Shown here: positions 19,283 through 28,073 of the stretch, piece by piece
Layout of the letters: each line of letters starts with the position of its first letter
Position numbering within the stretch: the first letter of the stretch is position 1
NCBI GenBank assembly: GCA_026016245.1
Contig: CP061211.1
Span: forward strand, 480,001 to 512,000
From: Candidatus Pacearchaeota archaeon
Lineage (GTDB): Archaea; Nanobdellota; Nanobdellia; Pacearchaeales; UBA284
Reading direction: 5' to 3'
Length of the DNA: 32,000 bases
Notes under the pieces: generated by a model
Told to the model about the DNA's origin: nothing
The model's database searches: none
What the model saw: only the letters and a program-made list of their open reading frames with translations
Position numbers and translations under genes: made by a program

Positions 19283-19965
19283 ATTTTTTGCTCTTCTCTG
19301 AAACTATAATATTCTTTGTTACCCATTATAATATGATCAGTTAATTTTATCTTCAAAAGTTTTCCAGCTTCTCTTATTCTTTCAGTAACATTTATGTCTC
19401 CTTGCGATGGTGCAGAATCTCCAGAAGGATGATTATGAATAAGAATTATTTTAGCAGCGCTATTTTTTATTGCGGACCTAAAAATTTCTCTTGAATGCAC
19501 TAATGAAGCATCGAGTATGCCTTTTGTAATTAATTGCTCTCCAATAACATTATTCCTATTATTTAACATTAAAATATAAAAATTCTCTTGTTTTTCATCT
19601 TTTAATCTTTCATGAAATAAATTAAAAACATCTTCTGCACAAGTTATCTTCTTTATTGGTTTTTTAGATTGATTAATACGTTTTTGGAGTTCTGCTATTG
19701 TTAATATCTGCATTGCTTTGGATGGTCCAATTCCGTTGATTTTCTGTAATTCTGTTAAGGAACATTCCAGAAGCTTATCTAAACCATACTCATTAATTAA
19801 ACGATTGGACATCTCTATTACATTTTCTCCAACTTGTCCTTTTTTGCCACGCGTTCCAGTTCTCAAAAGTATTGCAAAAAGCTCAGCGTCGCTTAATGCT
19901 TCTGGCCCATGTTTTAGAAATCTTTCTCTTGGCTTAGAAGAATCTGGCAAGTCTCTTATTTTCAT
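19279..19965 (-). CDS. radC: RadC family JAB/MPN domain protein
   Basis: [25 protein letters not shown]...KLTDHIIMG; N-terminal HhH-like [12 protein letters not shown]. Confidence 0.92.
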   Translation of the reverse strand: MKIRDLPDSSKPRERFLKHGPEALSDAELFAILLRTGTRGKKGQVGENVIEMSNRLINEYGLDKLLECSLTELQKINGIGPSKAMQILTIAELQKRINQSKKPIKKITCAEDVFNLFHERLKDEKQENFYILMLNNRNNVIGEQLITKGILDASLVHSREIFRSAIKNSAAKIILIHNHPSGDSAPSQGDINVTERIREAGKLLKIKLTDHIIMGNKEYYSFREEQKI

Positions 19966-20027
19966 AATGTTTAAATGATAAATATATTTTTAAAGATTAC
20001 AGTTGTAAAACTTGAGGAGAGTTTGAA

Positions 20028-20291
20028 ATGAAAAAGAAAGAAACTTTTGATGCGACAATAAATGAAAGAGAATTTAAGATAATACTATGGATAGGAGAAG
20101 ATGGAATGACTAAAGTATATAAAGAACAACCAAAGAACATAGACCCAAATATTCATGCCTCTGGAGCTCATTATTTCAAAGATAAGCCAGAAAAAAACCA
20201 TTGGGATCATTACCATTATGGGCAACACTTTAGGGAATATTTTAGTGGGGCAAATATCATAAATGTTAGTGGTGCTTCTATTATTATCTAG
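20028..20291 (+). CDS. Hypothetical, His/Tyr-rich C-terminal half
   Basis: ORF with GAGGAGAGTTTGAAATG leader; NIHASGAHYF...NHWDHYHYGQHF. Confidence 0.55.
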   Translation: MKKKETFDATINEREFKIILWIGEDGMTKVYKEQPKNIDPNIHASGAHYFKDKPEKNHWDHYHYGQHFREYFSGANIINVSGASIII

Positions 20292-20315
20292 AAAAAGTAA
20301 AGAGGAGAGTTTGAA

Positions 20316-20378
20316 ATGAATATAAAAAGTGGATTAAGAAAGAAGACAAAAAAAGATATTAAAGAATTAAGAGATTAA
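20316..20378 (+). CDS. Very short ORF MNIKSGLRKKTKKDIKELRD
   Basis: Same GAGGAGAGTTTGAAATG leader as 20028; stop 1 nt before the next ATG. Confidence 0.35.
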   Translation: MNIKSGLRKKTKKDIKELRD

Positions 20379-20379
20379 A

Positions 20380-20619
20380 ATGGACGAACAGGAGATATTT
20401 AGTGCATGTGTTAGAAAATTACAAGAAGCTGGAAAGAGTATAGAAGAATCTGCTAATAGGTGTATAAGGTATATATCTAAAAATTCGGAGATTACAACTG
20501 CTAGATTTGGTAACATATCAGTTAAAACAACAAATAAAGGAAAAGGTTGGGTGGTAATTTTAGTCATATTGGCTTTAATTATAATTGCATTTCTTAAATT
20601 TGTCTTAAGAATTTTTTAG
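20380..20619 (+). CDS. Small protein with C-terminal TM segment
   Basis: C-terminal GWVVILVILALIIIAFLKFVLRIF. Confidence 0.5.
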   Translation: MDEQEIFSACVRKLQEAGKSIEESANRCIRYISKNSEITTARFGNISVKTTNKGKGWVVILVILALIIIAFLKFVLRIF

Positions 20620-20656
20620 AAATAAAATAGTAAGGAAAGATTAAGCTGAGGAGAAA

Positions 20657-21148
20657 ATGAAAACACAACAAATAAAAGATGTAAAAAATAGAGAAGAAAT
20701 AATTATTGGATTTGATACTGGGGCAGTTCGTGGTACAGTAGATATCATGAGTGATGAAAATTTAGCAAAAGCAAATGTAAAGAGAGAAGACATACAGAAT
20801 ATAACTCCTTTTATTGGTGATTTAAATAAAAATCTTTATACAGAAGTTGGAATAGCTTCTAGCGAACATCCTTGTGCTGGAAGTACTGGAGTAAATATTT
20901 TAACAAATGATGGAAGAAAAGCAAGTATACAAAGAATTTTTTATAAGGATAAAACACAACATGATAAAACTACACACTGGAATCAAGAACAATGGATACA
21001 ACCAGTAGGAAGAGAAAGAGAACAGGACAACTCTTTTAAAGCAGATCCTAATCATAAAATTCCCATCTCTGAATCCTTAAAATTTTATATTATTGATGGT
21101 GATGGAAAGAAGAAAGAAAAAGAAGTCTTTAGTTCATCAAAAAAATAA
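20657..21148 (+). CDS. Hypothetical protein
   Basis: ORF with GAGGAG leader; no recognisable domain. Confidence 0.5.
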   Translation: MKTQQIKDVKNREEIIIGFDTGAVRGTVDIMSDENLAKANVKREDIQNITPFIGDLNKNLYTEVGIASSEHPCAGSTGVNILTNDGRKASIQRIFYKDKTQHDKTTHWNQEQWIQPVGREREQDNSFKADPNHKIPISESLKFYIIDGDGKKKEKEVFSSSKK

Positions 21149-21170
21149 ACCAAAACCCTTAAATATTTCT
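21145..21170 (+). repeat. 26-bp direct repeat ATAAACCAAAACCCTTAAATATTTCT, left copy
   Basis: Exact match to 23694-23719. Confidence 0.95.
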
Positions 21171-21208
21171 TATTCTTAGTTAGATAAAGGTTAAGAGGAA
21201 AGTTTGAA

Positions 21209-21721
21209 ATGGGTGAAATAATCAAATTTTTAAAAATAGGGCAGGACATACTTTTCCACACATTTAATTGGATAATCCCTTTATTAATTCCAGCTATAAT
21301 AGTTATTTTTCTTGGTTGGTATTTAAAATCTTATTTTATAATTATACCTATCTTAACCAGCCAGATTTATTTATATGATGTTATCCTTCTTAGCACAAAT
21401 ATTGGTTTACTCAAATCCTCAAGAAAGAAAAAAGATGAATTTAAAGAGAAAAATGTAGCGGTTTCTATGTGTTTATTGCCTTTAGGATTATTTTTCTTAA
21501 CTTTTTCTTTGATAATAAGTTTTTCCCTAAAGACATATGTTGGTAATTGGGATATTTTACTATTTATTTTAGCTTTGCCATTTACATATTCGTCTATTCT
21601 TTTATTAAGTAAAAACAAACTAGCTTCCTTTGTTGTTCAATCACCAACTGAGCTTTCTCAAAATAGAGCCAAAGTAAATAAAGAATTGTCTTACAAAATT
21701 TTAAGGGGGGATAAAAAATGA
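21209..21721 (+). CDS. Multi-pass membrane protein
   Basis: Several hydrophobic stretches (WIIPLLIPAIIVIFLGWYL etc.); ATGA overlap with the DGQHR gene. Confidence 0.65.
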   Translation: MGEIIKFLKIGQDILFHTFNWIIPLLIPAIIVIFLGWYLKSYFIIIPILTSQIYLYDVILLSTNIGLLKSSRKKKDEFKEKNVAVSMCLLPLGLFFLTFSLIISFSLKTYVGNWDILLFILALPFTYSSILLLSKNKLASFVVQSPTELSQNRAKVNKELSYKILRGDKK

Positions 21722-22818
21722 GTAAAGAATATATAATTATAAAGAAATTAATAAAGATAAAACAACCTATGGGGGATTTCCTAGTTGGAGTCATGAAGGC
21801 CAAAGACTTACTTAAAATTACTAAAGCGAACCCCCGTCATTATAATGAAGAATTGGATACTTATGCGGGAATACAAAGAGAAATAAATGATAAAAAAATA
21901 AAACAATTAAAAAAATTTATCATGACAAGTGATGCCACTTTTCCAAACACAATAATTGGGGCATTAAAACCAGATAAATTTGATTTTGATGGAAAAAAAA
22001 GTACTCTTAAAATAGAAAAAAATCCAGAATCATTTGCTGTAATTGATGGCCAACATAGGTTAGCTTCTTTTAAAAATGAATCTTTAATTAGTAATGATTT
22101 TGATTTAATTGTATCTTTTTTCTTAGGCTTAGATCTAGAAGAACAGGCATATCTTTTTTCTATAATAAATATGACTCAGAAAAAATTAAATCCTTCGTTA
22201 GTTCAAGATTTAACAGAGCTTTTTACTATTATCACTCCTGAAAAACTTGCGCATAATTTAGCAACAGTTTTCAATAATGAGAAAAAAAGTCCATGGTTTA
22301 AAAAAATAAAAATGTTGGGTAAAAATGTGGGTTCTTATAAAGGGGTTCTTTCCCAGTATACTTTTACTAAAGGGATAACGGAACTTATAGCAGATGTGGA
22401 GAGATATTACGAAATAAGAGATATTTTAAAAAATAATAAAAAAAGAAAAAGTCTTGAGTCTTTAAAAATGGACTCAGAAAAATATGTGCTTTGGAAACAT
22501 TATATAAATGAAGAAGATAATTTTATTTATAAATTATTAAATGTGTATTTTATAACAATAAAAAAAGTTTTCCAAAAAGAATGGGGAAATAAAAATTATA
22601 TTCTAACTAAAACCACGGGATATAACGCTTTTATGAGACTATTAAGGGATCTCCATAAAAAAGCAGAAAATCAAAAATGTGAGATGACAGAAGAATTTTT
22701 TGAGAAATACTTAAAAATAATCAAACGGAAAATTAAGCCATTAATCTCAAAATATTATAATCCGGGAAAACAAGGAGAAAATAGATTATATGAGGCTTTA
22801 AAAAAAGCACTTAAATAA
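21718..22818 (+). CDS. DGQHR domain protein (DndB-like superfamily)
   Basis: ESFAVIDGQHRLASFKNES. Confidence 0.8.
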   Translation: MSKEYIIIKKLIKIKQPMGDFLVGVMKAKDLLKITKANPRHYNEELDTYAGIQREINDKKIKQLKKFIMTSDATFPNTIIGALKPDKFDFDGKKSTLKIEKNPESFAVIDGQHRLASFKNESLISNDFDLIVSFFLGLDLEEQAYLFSIINMTQKKLNPSLVQDLTELFTIITPEKLAHNLATVFNNEKKSPWFKKIKMLGKNVGSYKGVLSQYTFTKGITELIADVERYYEIRDILKNNKKRKSLESLKMDSEKYVLWKHYINEEDNFIYKLLNVYFITIKKVFQKEWGNKNYILTKTTGYNAFMRLLRDLHKKAENQKCEMTEEFFEKYLKIIKRKIKPLISKYYNPGKQGENRLYEALKKALK

Positions 22819-22866
22819 TCTTAATTAGAAAATTTTTTATATTGTAAAAGCTTGTGATTATTACAA

Positions 22867-23691
22867 ATGATAATACCAACATTTTTAAAATGGGCTGGAG
22901 GAAAAAAGAGGCTAATAAAAGATATAGAGCGATCTCTCCCAAAAAAAATTGATAGATATTTTGAGCCTTTTCTTGGTGCTGGAGCAATTTTCTTTTATAT
23001 TAAACAAAAATATAATCCTAAATTTTGTGTGATTTCGGATATAAATAAAGACCTTATAGATACCTTTAAGGCAGTCATAGATAATCCAAAAGAATTAATT
23101 AAATTTTTAAAATATTTCAAAAAAAATAATTCAAAAGAATTTTATTATCGTGTCAGAGACAAATTTAATAAAGGAAAATTTAAACAAATACAAAAAAGTG
23201 CGGCTTTTATTTATCTAAATAAAACATGTTATAATGGATTATATAGAGTTAATTCTAAAGGAGGATTTAATGTTCCTTATGGTAAATATAAAAATCCTGA
23301 AATATTTAATGAAAAAACAATTATGTTTGCTAGCAGATTATTAAAAAATGTTAGAATAAAATGTCAAAACTATGAAAAAATTAAAGATTATATTAGAAAA
23401 AATGATTTTGTTTATTTAGATCCTTGTTATGATCCTTTAAAAAAGACAAGTTTTGCAAATTATACTCCTAAAAGATTTTGTGATGTGGATAATGAAAAGC
23501 TATCTCTTTTTGTTGCTGAATTAAAAAGAAGAAATTCAAAGGTTCTCTTAAGTAATAATATAACAAAAAATGTTAAGAGATTATATCCAAAAAACCAATT
23601 TAATATAATAAAGGTTTGGTGTTCTAGAAGTATTAATTGTATTGGGGAAAAAAGAGGTAAAATTCCAGAGCTTCTAATTAAAAATTATTAG
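22867..23691 (+). CDS. Dam/D12-class N6-adenine DNA methyltransferase-like protein
   Basis: FLKWAGGKKRLIKDI; YFEPFLGAGAIFF; motif IV variant VYLDPCYDPLKKTSFANYT; SRSINCIGEKRGKIPELLIKNY. Confidence 0.9.
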   Translation: MIIPTFLKWAGGKKRLIKDIERSLPKKIDRYFEPFLGAGAIFFYIKQKYNPKFCVISDINKDLIDTFKAVIDNPKELIKFLKYFKKNNSKEFYYRVRDKFNKGKFKQIQKSAAFIYLNKTCYNGLYRVNSKGGFNVPYGKYKNPEIFNEKTIMFASRLLKNVRIKCQNYEKIKDYIRKNDFVYLDPCYDPLKKTSFANYTPKRFCDVDNEKLSLFVAELKRRNSKVLLSNNITKNVKRLYPKNQFNIIKVWCSRSINCIGEKRGKIPELLIKNY

Positions 23692-23693
23692 TC

Positions 23694-23719
23694 ATAAACC
23701 AAAACCCTTAAATATTTCT
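23694..23719 (+). repeat. 26-bp direct repeat ATAAACCAAAACCCTTAAATATTTCT, right copy
   Basis: Exact match to 21145-21170. Confidence 0.95.
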
Positions 23720-24365
23720 AAGATATTTTTTGTATCAGCTTTCTCCCTCCAGTCAATATTTTTATTTCTTGTAATCCTTCTTTTTTTAAAATTAAGTCTA
23801 CATAATGCGATCTTATATAAGAATGAAAAAGTTCTGATAGTAATATTTTCAAATCTTTACATACCACTCTATATAGTAAAGTCGCTATCCTTTTTCTTCT
23901 AAAAGGAGGAATGACAAATAAATCATATATTTTAAATTGAGGTTCTTTTTTTAAATAAATTCTTTTAACACAAATATACCCCACAATGAAATCATATTTA
24001 TTTACCACCATATAAACAAAATTATTTGGATTTATATGGTTCGGAGTCGGAATACTACAGAAATCTAATCCTTGTTCGATTTTAGAAAAAAAGGTTAGAT
24101 TACTTAACGCTTTTTTAAACTTATGTGGCGAATCCCACGTAATTTTGAAAATTCTAAATTGTTCTTTATTTGGCTTTGTTTTTCTTATTAATTTACAATA
24201 AAAAAATGGATTAATTGGTTCTTTTGTTGTATAATGTTCAATACATGCTCCAGGTCTTTTATATTCTTTATAACATGTAGGGCATAAATAAATTTTTGGA
24301 TTTCCTTCTCCAACTAAAAAGAAATTAATAAATTCATCTCCTACACAAAGAAAATATTCTGGCAT
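23718..24365 (-). CDS. Zinc-finger plus GNAT acetyltransferase-like protein
   Basis: YLCPTCYKEYKRPGACIEHYTTKEP zinc module; FKIYDLFVIPPFRRKRIATLLYRVV GNAT motif A. Confidence 0.6.
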   Translation of the reverse strand: MPEYFLCVGDEFINFFLVGEGNPKIYLCPTCYKEYKRPGACIEHYTTKEPINPFFYCKLIRKTKPNKEQFRIFKITWDSPHKFKKALSNLTFFSKIEQGLDFCSIPTPNHINPNNFVYMVVNKYDFIVGYICVKRIYLKKEPQFKIYDLFVIPPFRRKRIATLLYRVVCKDLKILLSELFHSYIRSHYVDLILKKEGLQEIKILTGGRKLIQKIS

Positions 24366-24442
24366 CTTCTAATCCAGTTAGTTTAGTTTATTAACTTTTC
24401 TTAAACCAAAAAAGATAAATAGTTGTTAGTTTTTGTTGTGGT

Positions 24443-24706
24443 ATGGCTAAGAGGAAAAAGAAAAAAGTTTCATTTTGGACCACTAAAAAAGTAAAAAAAC
24501 CAGTAAAAGTTAAGTTTGTAGATAGAGAAGGCAATCTTGTTTCATTTACAGCTATGAAAGAAATAAAAAAACCCACAAAAGTTATTTTTTATAAATCAAA
24601 TGGTAAAAGAATAAGAAGAATAAAATGTCCTTATTGTTCTCATTCATTTTTTACTAAAAGAAAAATTGTTTATTATTGTCCTTATTGTGGAAAAAGGTTA
24701 AAATGA
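24443..24706 (+). CDS. Small zinc-ribbon protein
   Basis: IKCPYCSHSFFTKRKIVYYCPYCGKRLK, basic N-terminus. Confidence 0.7.
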   Translation: MAKRKKKKVSFWTTKKVKKPVKVKFVDREGNLVSFTAMKEIKKPTKVIFYKSNGKRIRRIKCPYCSHSFFTKRKIVYYCPYCGKRLK

Positions 24707-25731
24707 CAGACTATAAAACGATAGAAACTAAAAAATTACATAAATTAATATATAAAGAGAGAGGAGTAAGAGTTAAACTTAGACAATTAACACACATTAA
24801 AAAAATAATAAATTCTGGTTGTTTATTAAACCTTGAATTTAAAAAAAATCAAGAGGAATTATTTAACATATTTGTAAAATATAGTAATGTATTAGAACAA
24901 ATAAAGGCTTTGAATAAGTTTTTTTTTGACTTAATAAAAACAAAAAAAGAATATCCAAAATTTCGTCTAACTATCAAAACACATTTTGCATTACGTACTA
25001 TTTTTACATTATTAAATGTTTCAAAAAATACTGCAGTATACAAAAATTTTGATAAAAAATTACTTAAAAAAGTAAATTTTGATGATTTTTTAAAAATAAC
25101 AAAAAAAATTATTACTGGTTTAGAAAAATTAAATTCTGAAATTATAGATCTTGAAGAATGGTTTAATGATAAATATAACATATCTTTAACAGAAGGGGGA
25201 CATCTTTATTTTTGCCCTAACTGTGGAAGATTTATTGGAGAAAAATTTAGAAGAATAAAATGTTTTTGTGGTAAAAATATAAATGAGGGTAGAAATACAT
25301 TGAGAAAAGAAGCAAGATATTTAAAAGATGAAATTTATAATTTTTTTACAAAAGGGTTTTGGTTAGAAGAAGCTATATGTGAGGTCTTAAAGCAATTAAG
25401 TGATAAAAGATATTGTGGGATAGATGTATTAGGAAGAAGCGGAATATTGCATGAACTGGATATTCTTACGGCTTTAGATAATAAAAAGATTTTTTTAATA
25501 GCAGAATGTAAAGATACAGATATTGATCTTAAAGATGTTATGAAATTAAATGTTAAAAATGAAGAAATTAATAGCCATATAAGTTGTATATTTACTACTG
25601 AAAAAGTATCTGATGAGAGGATCCTACAGTTTTGTAAATATTATAAGGTATTGATTTTTGACAAAGTATTTAATAGAAAATCAAGAGATATTTTAAATAA
25701 AATAAAGCAGGAAATAGATCTAATAAGGTAA
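24703..25731 (+). CDS. Putative restriction-endonuclease-like PD-(D/E)XK protein with internal zinc ribbon
   Basis: YFCPNCGRFIGEKFRRIKCFCGKNI; HELDILTALDNKKIFLIAECKD; start at 24703 makes an ATGA overlap with the zinc-ribbon gene (track start 24676). Confidence 0.6.
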   Translation: MTDYKTIETKKLHKLIYKERGVRVKLRQLTHIKKIINSGCLLNLEFKKNQEELFNIFVKYSNVLEQIKALNKFFFDLIKTKKEYPKFRLTIKTHFALRTIFTLLNVSKNTAVYKNFDKKLLKKVNFDDFLKITKKIITGLEKLNSEIIDLEEWFNDKYNISLTEGGHLYFCPNCGRFIGEKFRRIKCFCGKNINEGRNTLRKEARYLKDEIYNFFTKGFWLEEAICEVLKQLSDKRYCGIDVLGRSGILHELDILTALDNKKIFLIAECKDTDIDLKDVMKLNVKNEEINSHISCIFTTEKVSDERILQFCKYYKVLIFDKVFNRKSRDILNKIKQEIDLIR

Positions 25732-25785
25732 AATCCTCAAGTATCCTAATTCGTTTAATACATCTTAGGAGAACTTTTTAGAGAA

Positions 25786-26127
25786 TTATGTATGAATTGG
25801 AGAAACTAGCTGTTCTGTTAGTTCTGGTGCAAGAGTCTTTTTAGTAAGAATCCAATCCAGCTTGATGAGATTGCTAATAAAAATATTTTTAATATTTAAC
25901 TTGAAATACTCGGATTTCCCAACTTTTCTAGTTTTTATTAATATTCCTTCCCTGATCCATTCTTTAAAAAAAACTTTAATAGAATTATAACTAACATTGC
26001 TTTCTCTTGCTATTTCAGTCATAGGATAATCAAAAAAATGATTTTCTATTAAGAAATCTAAAACTCTTAATTTGGGCGTATCTCCAAAGACCTCTAAAAA
26101 AATAGACTTATTTTTTTTCTTTTTCAT
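25786..26127 (-). CDS. wHTH DNA-binding protein
   Basis: RVLDFLIENHFFDYPMTEIARESNVSYNSIKVFFKEWIREGILIKTRKVGKSEYFKLN. Confidence 0.75.
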   Translation of the reverse strand: MKKKKNKSIFLEVFGDTPKLRVLDFLIENHFFDYPMTEIARESNVSYNSIKVFFKEWIREGILIKTRKVGKSEYFKLNIKNIFISNLIKLDWILTKKTLAPELTEQLVSPIHT

Positions 26128-26225
26128 AAAAATAAGTGGTATAAGTAGTATTTAAATATTTCTATTAAATAAAAGAATATTTCAAAAATAGAAACATTTA
26201 AAAATAATTGAAGTTTGTATTTTAA

Positions 26226-26495
26226 ATGAAAAAAATAGATGATTTAGAAAAAGCACAGTTATTGTTTAAGCTAGTTAGAGGAAAGAAAAATTGGGGCGCT
26301 TGTTATGATAGATTAGAGCATTTCAAAAGATTCCAGAATTTAGATAATATTATTAAAGAGCTTGCTAAAATTGGCTGGATTACCCTAACTAAAAAAACAA
26401 AATTAAAAGCCATATCTGCTAATCCAAAATTTAAAAAAAAGATTATTGAATTCATAGAAGATAAAATGCCTTATTTGAAAGGAGAGCTTAAATAA
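26226..26495 (+). CDS. Hypothetical small, possibly helix-turn-helix protein
   Basis: ORF divergent to the wHTH gene. Confidence 0.5.
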   Translation: MKKIDDLEKAQLLFKLVRGKKNWGACYDRLEHFKRFQNLDNIIKELAKIGWITLTKKTKLKAISANPKFKKKIIEFIEDKMPYLKGELK

Positions 26496-26498
26496 AAA

Positions 26499-26618
26499 AT
26501 GGTTTCTAGAAAGACAAGAGAAAGAATATTGAAAGAGAATAAAGAGCTTTTCAAAGCTTTAGAAGAATATGATAAGACTGGAAAGCCAATTTCTAGGATA
26601 ATTGAGGAAAAATTATAA
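26499..26618 (+). CDS. 39-aa ORF MVSRKTRERILKENKELFKALEEYDKTGKPISRIIEEKL
   Basis: Short ORF 3 nt after the previous stop; sub-threshold in track. Confidence 0.35.
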   Translation: MVSRKTRERILKENKELFKALEEYDKTGKPISRIIEEKL

Positions 26619-26639
26619 CCCATCTCATCTAGGGAACTC

Positions 26640-27065
26640 TTGCTTTTCTTCTTATTATATATTTTAGATAAGAATAATAAATTTAAGTTCAAAATATTAT
26701 GTTTTCTGATGGTGAATTCAATTTATGAGTATGTTTCTGAAAAGACAACAATATTCGGGGGTTTTGATTATGATTCTTGCGAGCTCTTTACAAAGAATAA
26801 TAAAGAATATTATGTTTATCTGGGGCTTCCAATGCTTAACCCTAAAGGCAATGTGCAATTGTTGATTATAAATGAAAAAGATGATAATAAGTGGTATTTC
26901 AGACATATAAGAAAAGACATTAGTGAAACAGAAGATGGCTATGGCATTAATGTAAAAGAGTATAATAAGATTGTCAATGAAACAATAGATAAAGAATATG
27001 AAGTTAACCCCAAAAATCTTGAGGAGATTTTATTGAATGTTATTGAGGATCTAGAGATTGTCTAA
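26640..27065 (+). CDS. Hypothetical protein
   Basis: ORF, convergent overlap with the recombinase gene. Confidence 0.5.
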   Translation: MLFFLLYILDKNNKFKFKILCFLMVNSIYEYVSEKTTIFGGFDYDSCELFTKNNKEYYVYLGLPMLNPKGNVQLLIINEKDDNKWYFRHIRKDISETEDGYGINVKEYNKIVNETIDKEYEVNPKNLEEILLNVIEDLEIV

Positions 27066-27866
27066 TGGATTCTTGACTTTCTTTATTTCTTCTGTGCTTA
27101 CATGAGTGTAGATTTGTGTTGTGTTGAGGTTTTCATGGCCTAAAAGAACTTGAATTATTCTTATGTCTGTTCCTGATTCTAAAAGATGTGTTGCATAACT
27201 GTGTCTTAAAGTGTGAGGAGTGACTTTTTTCTGGATATTTGCATTTTCTGCTGTTTTTTTGATTATTTTTTGTATGTTTCTTGTTGTGAATGGCTTGTCT
27301 TTTGAGAAAAGGTATTGGTTTTTGGGATGTTTTTCTATATAATTTTGTAATTCATCTATTAATTTTTCTGGTAATGTAAAAAACCTGTCTTTTTTGCCTT
27401 TTCCTTTTTTCACTATCCCTGTTTTTTCCTGCAGATTAAGATCCTGAGGTTTAAGATTTACTAATTCGCTGACTCTTAAACCTGTTGAGTATAGGAATTT
27501 TATCATAAGTTTTGATTTTCTTGTTTGTGATGCATCTATAAGGCTTTTTATCTCATCTTTTGTTAAAACTGAAGGTAGTGTTTTGTCTTTTTTTGGCCTT
27601 TTGATGTCTTTTGTTAAATCCTGCTTTAAAATAGCTATAGAAGCGAACTTTATTGCAGCTAAAGCTAAAATTATTGAACTTGAAGCTTTGTCTGACATTG
27701 ATGCTAGAAAGTTTTTAACATCTTCCTCACTTAACTGTTCAGGATCTTTGTTTGTTGATTCTAAAAGTTTTTTGTTAAAATAAAGATAATTTCTTATAGT
27801 TAAATTGCTTCTTTTTATTAATTTGAGTTCTGTTTCAAGTTTTTTCAGATATTCCTCTTTTTGCAT
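27051..27866 (-). CDS. Tyrosine recombinase, XerA/XerC/D-like
   Basis: LLYSTGLRVSELVNL-type box (FLYSTGLRVSELVNLKPQD), KKGKGKKDR, TPHTLRHSYATHLLESGTDIRIIQVLLGHENLNTTQIYTHV. Confidence 0.95.
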   Translation of the reverse strand: MQKEEYLKKLETELKLIKRSNLTIRNYLYFNKKLLESTNKDPEQLSEEDVKNFLASMSDKASSSIILALAAIKFASIAILKQDLTKDIKRPKKDKTLPSVLTKDEIKSLIDASQTRKSKLMIKFLYSTGLRVSELVNLKPQDLNLQEKTGIVKKGKGKKDRFFTLPEKLIDELQNYIEKHPKNQYLFSKDKPFTTRNIQKIIKKTAENANIQKKVTPHTLRHSYATHLLESGTDIRIIQVLLGHENLNTTQIYTHVSTEEIKKVKNPLDNL

Positions 27867-28073
27867 TTTTAGTTGTTTTTAATTATTTTTTAATATTTTG
27901 ATTAAAACGAACAAATATATAAACTTTTGTAGTTCTCCTAATGCACCTTGTGCGCACTTTTGGCCTGTTTTCGACGAGAAATAGTCTTATGCAGTAACTT
28001 ATTGGCAACGCTTAAAACTTTTAGCTTTGGTTTTAGACGACAAATTTATATATTTGTTCATCTTTTAAAATAA

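Noticed and set aside
26154-26182. Imperfect inverted repeat AAATATTTCT...AGAATATTT between divergent genes
   Set aside because: Highly AT-rich and imperfect; expected by chance in promoters of this composition
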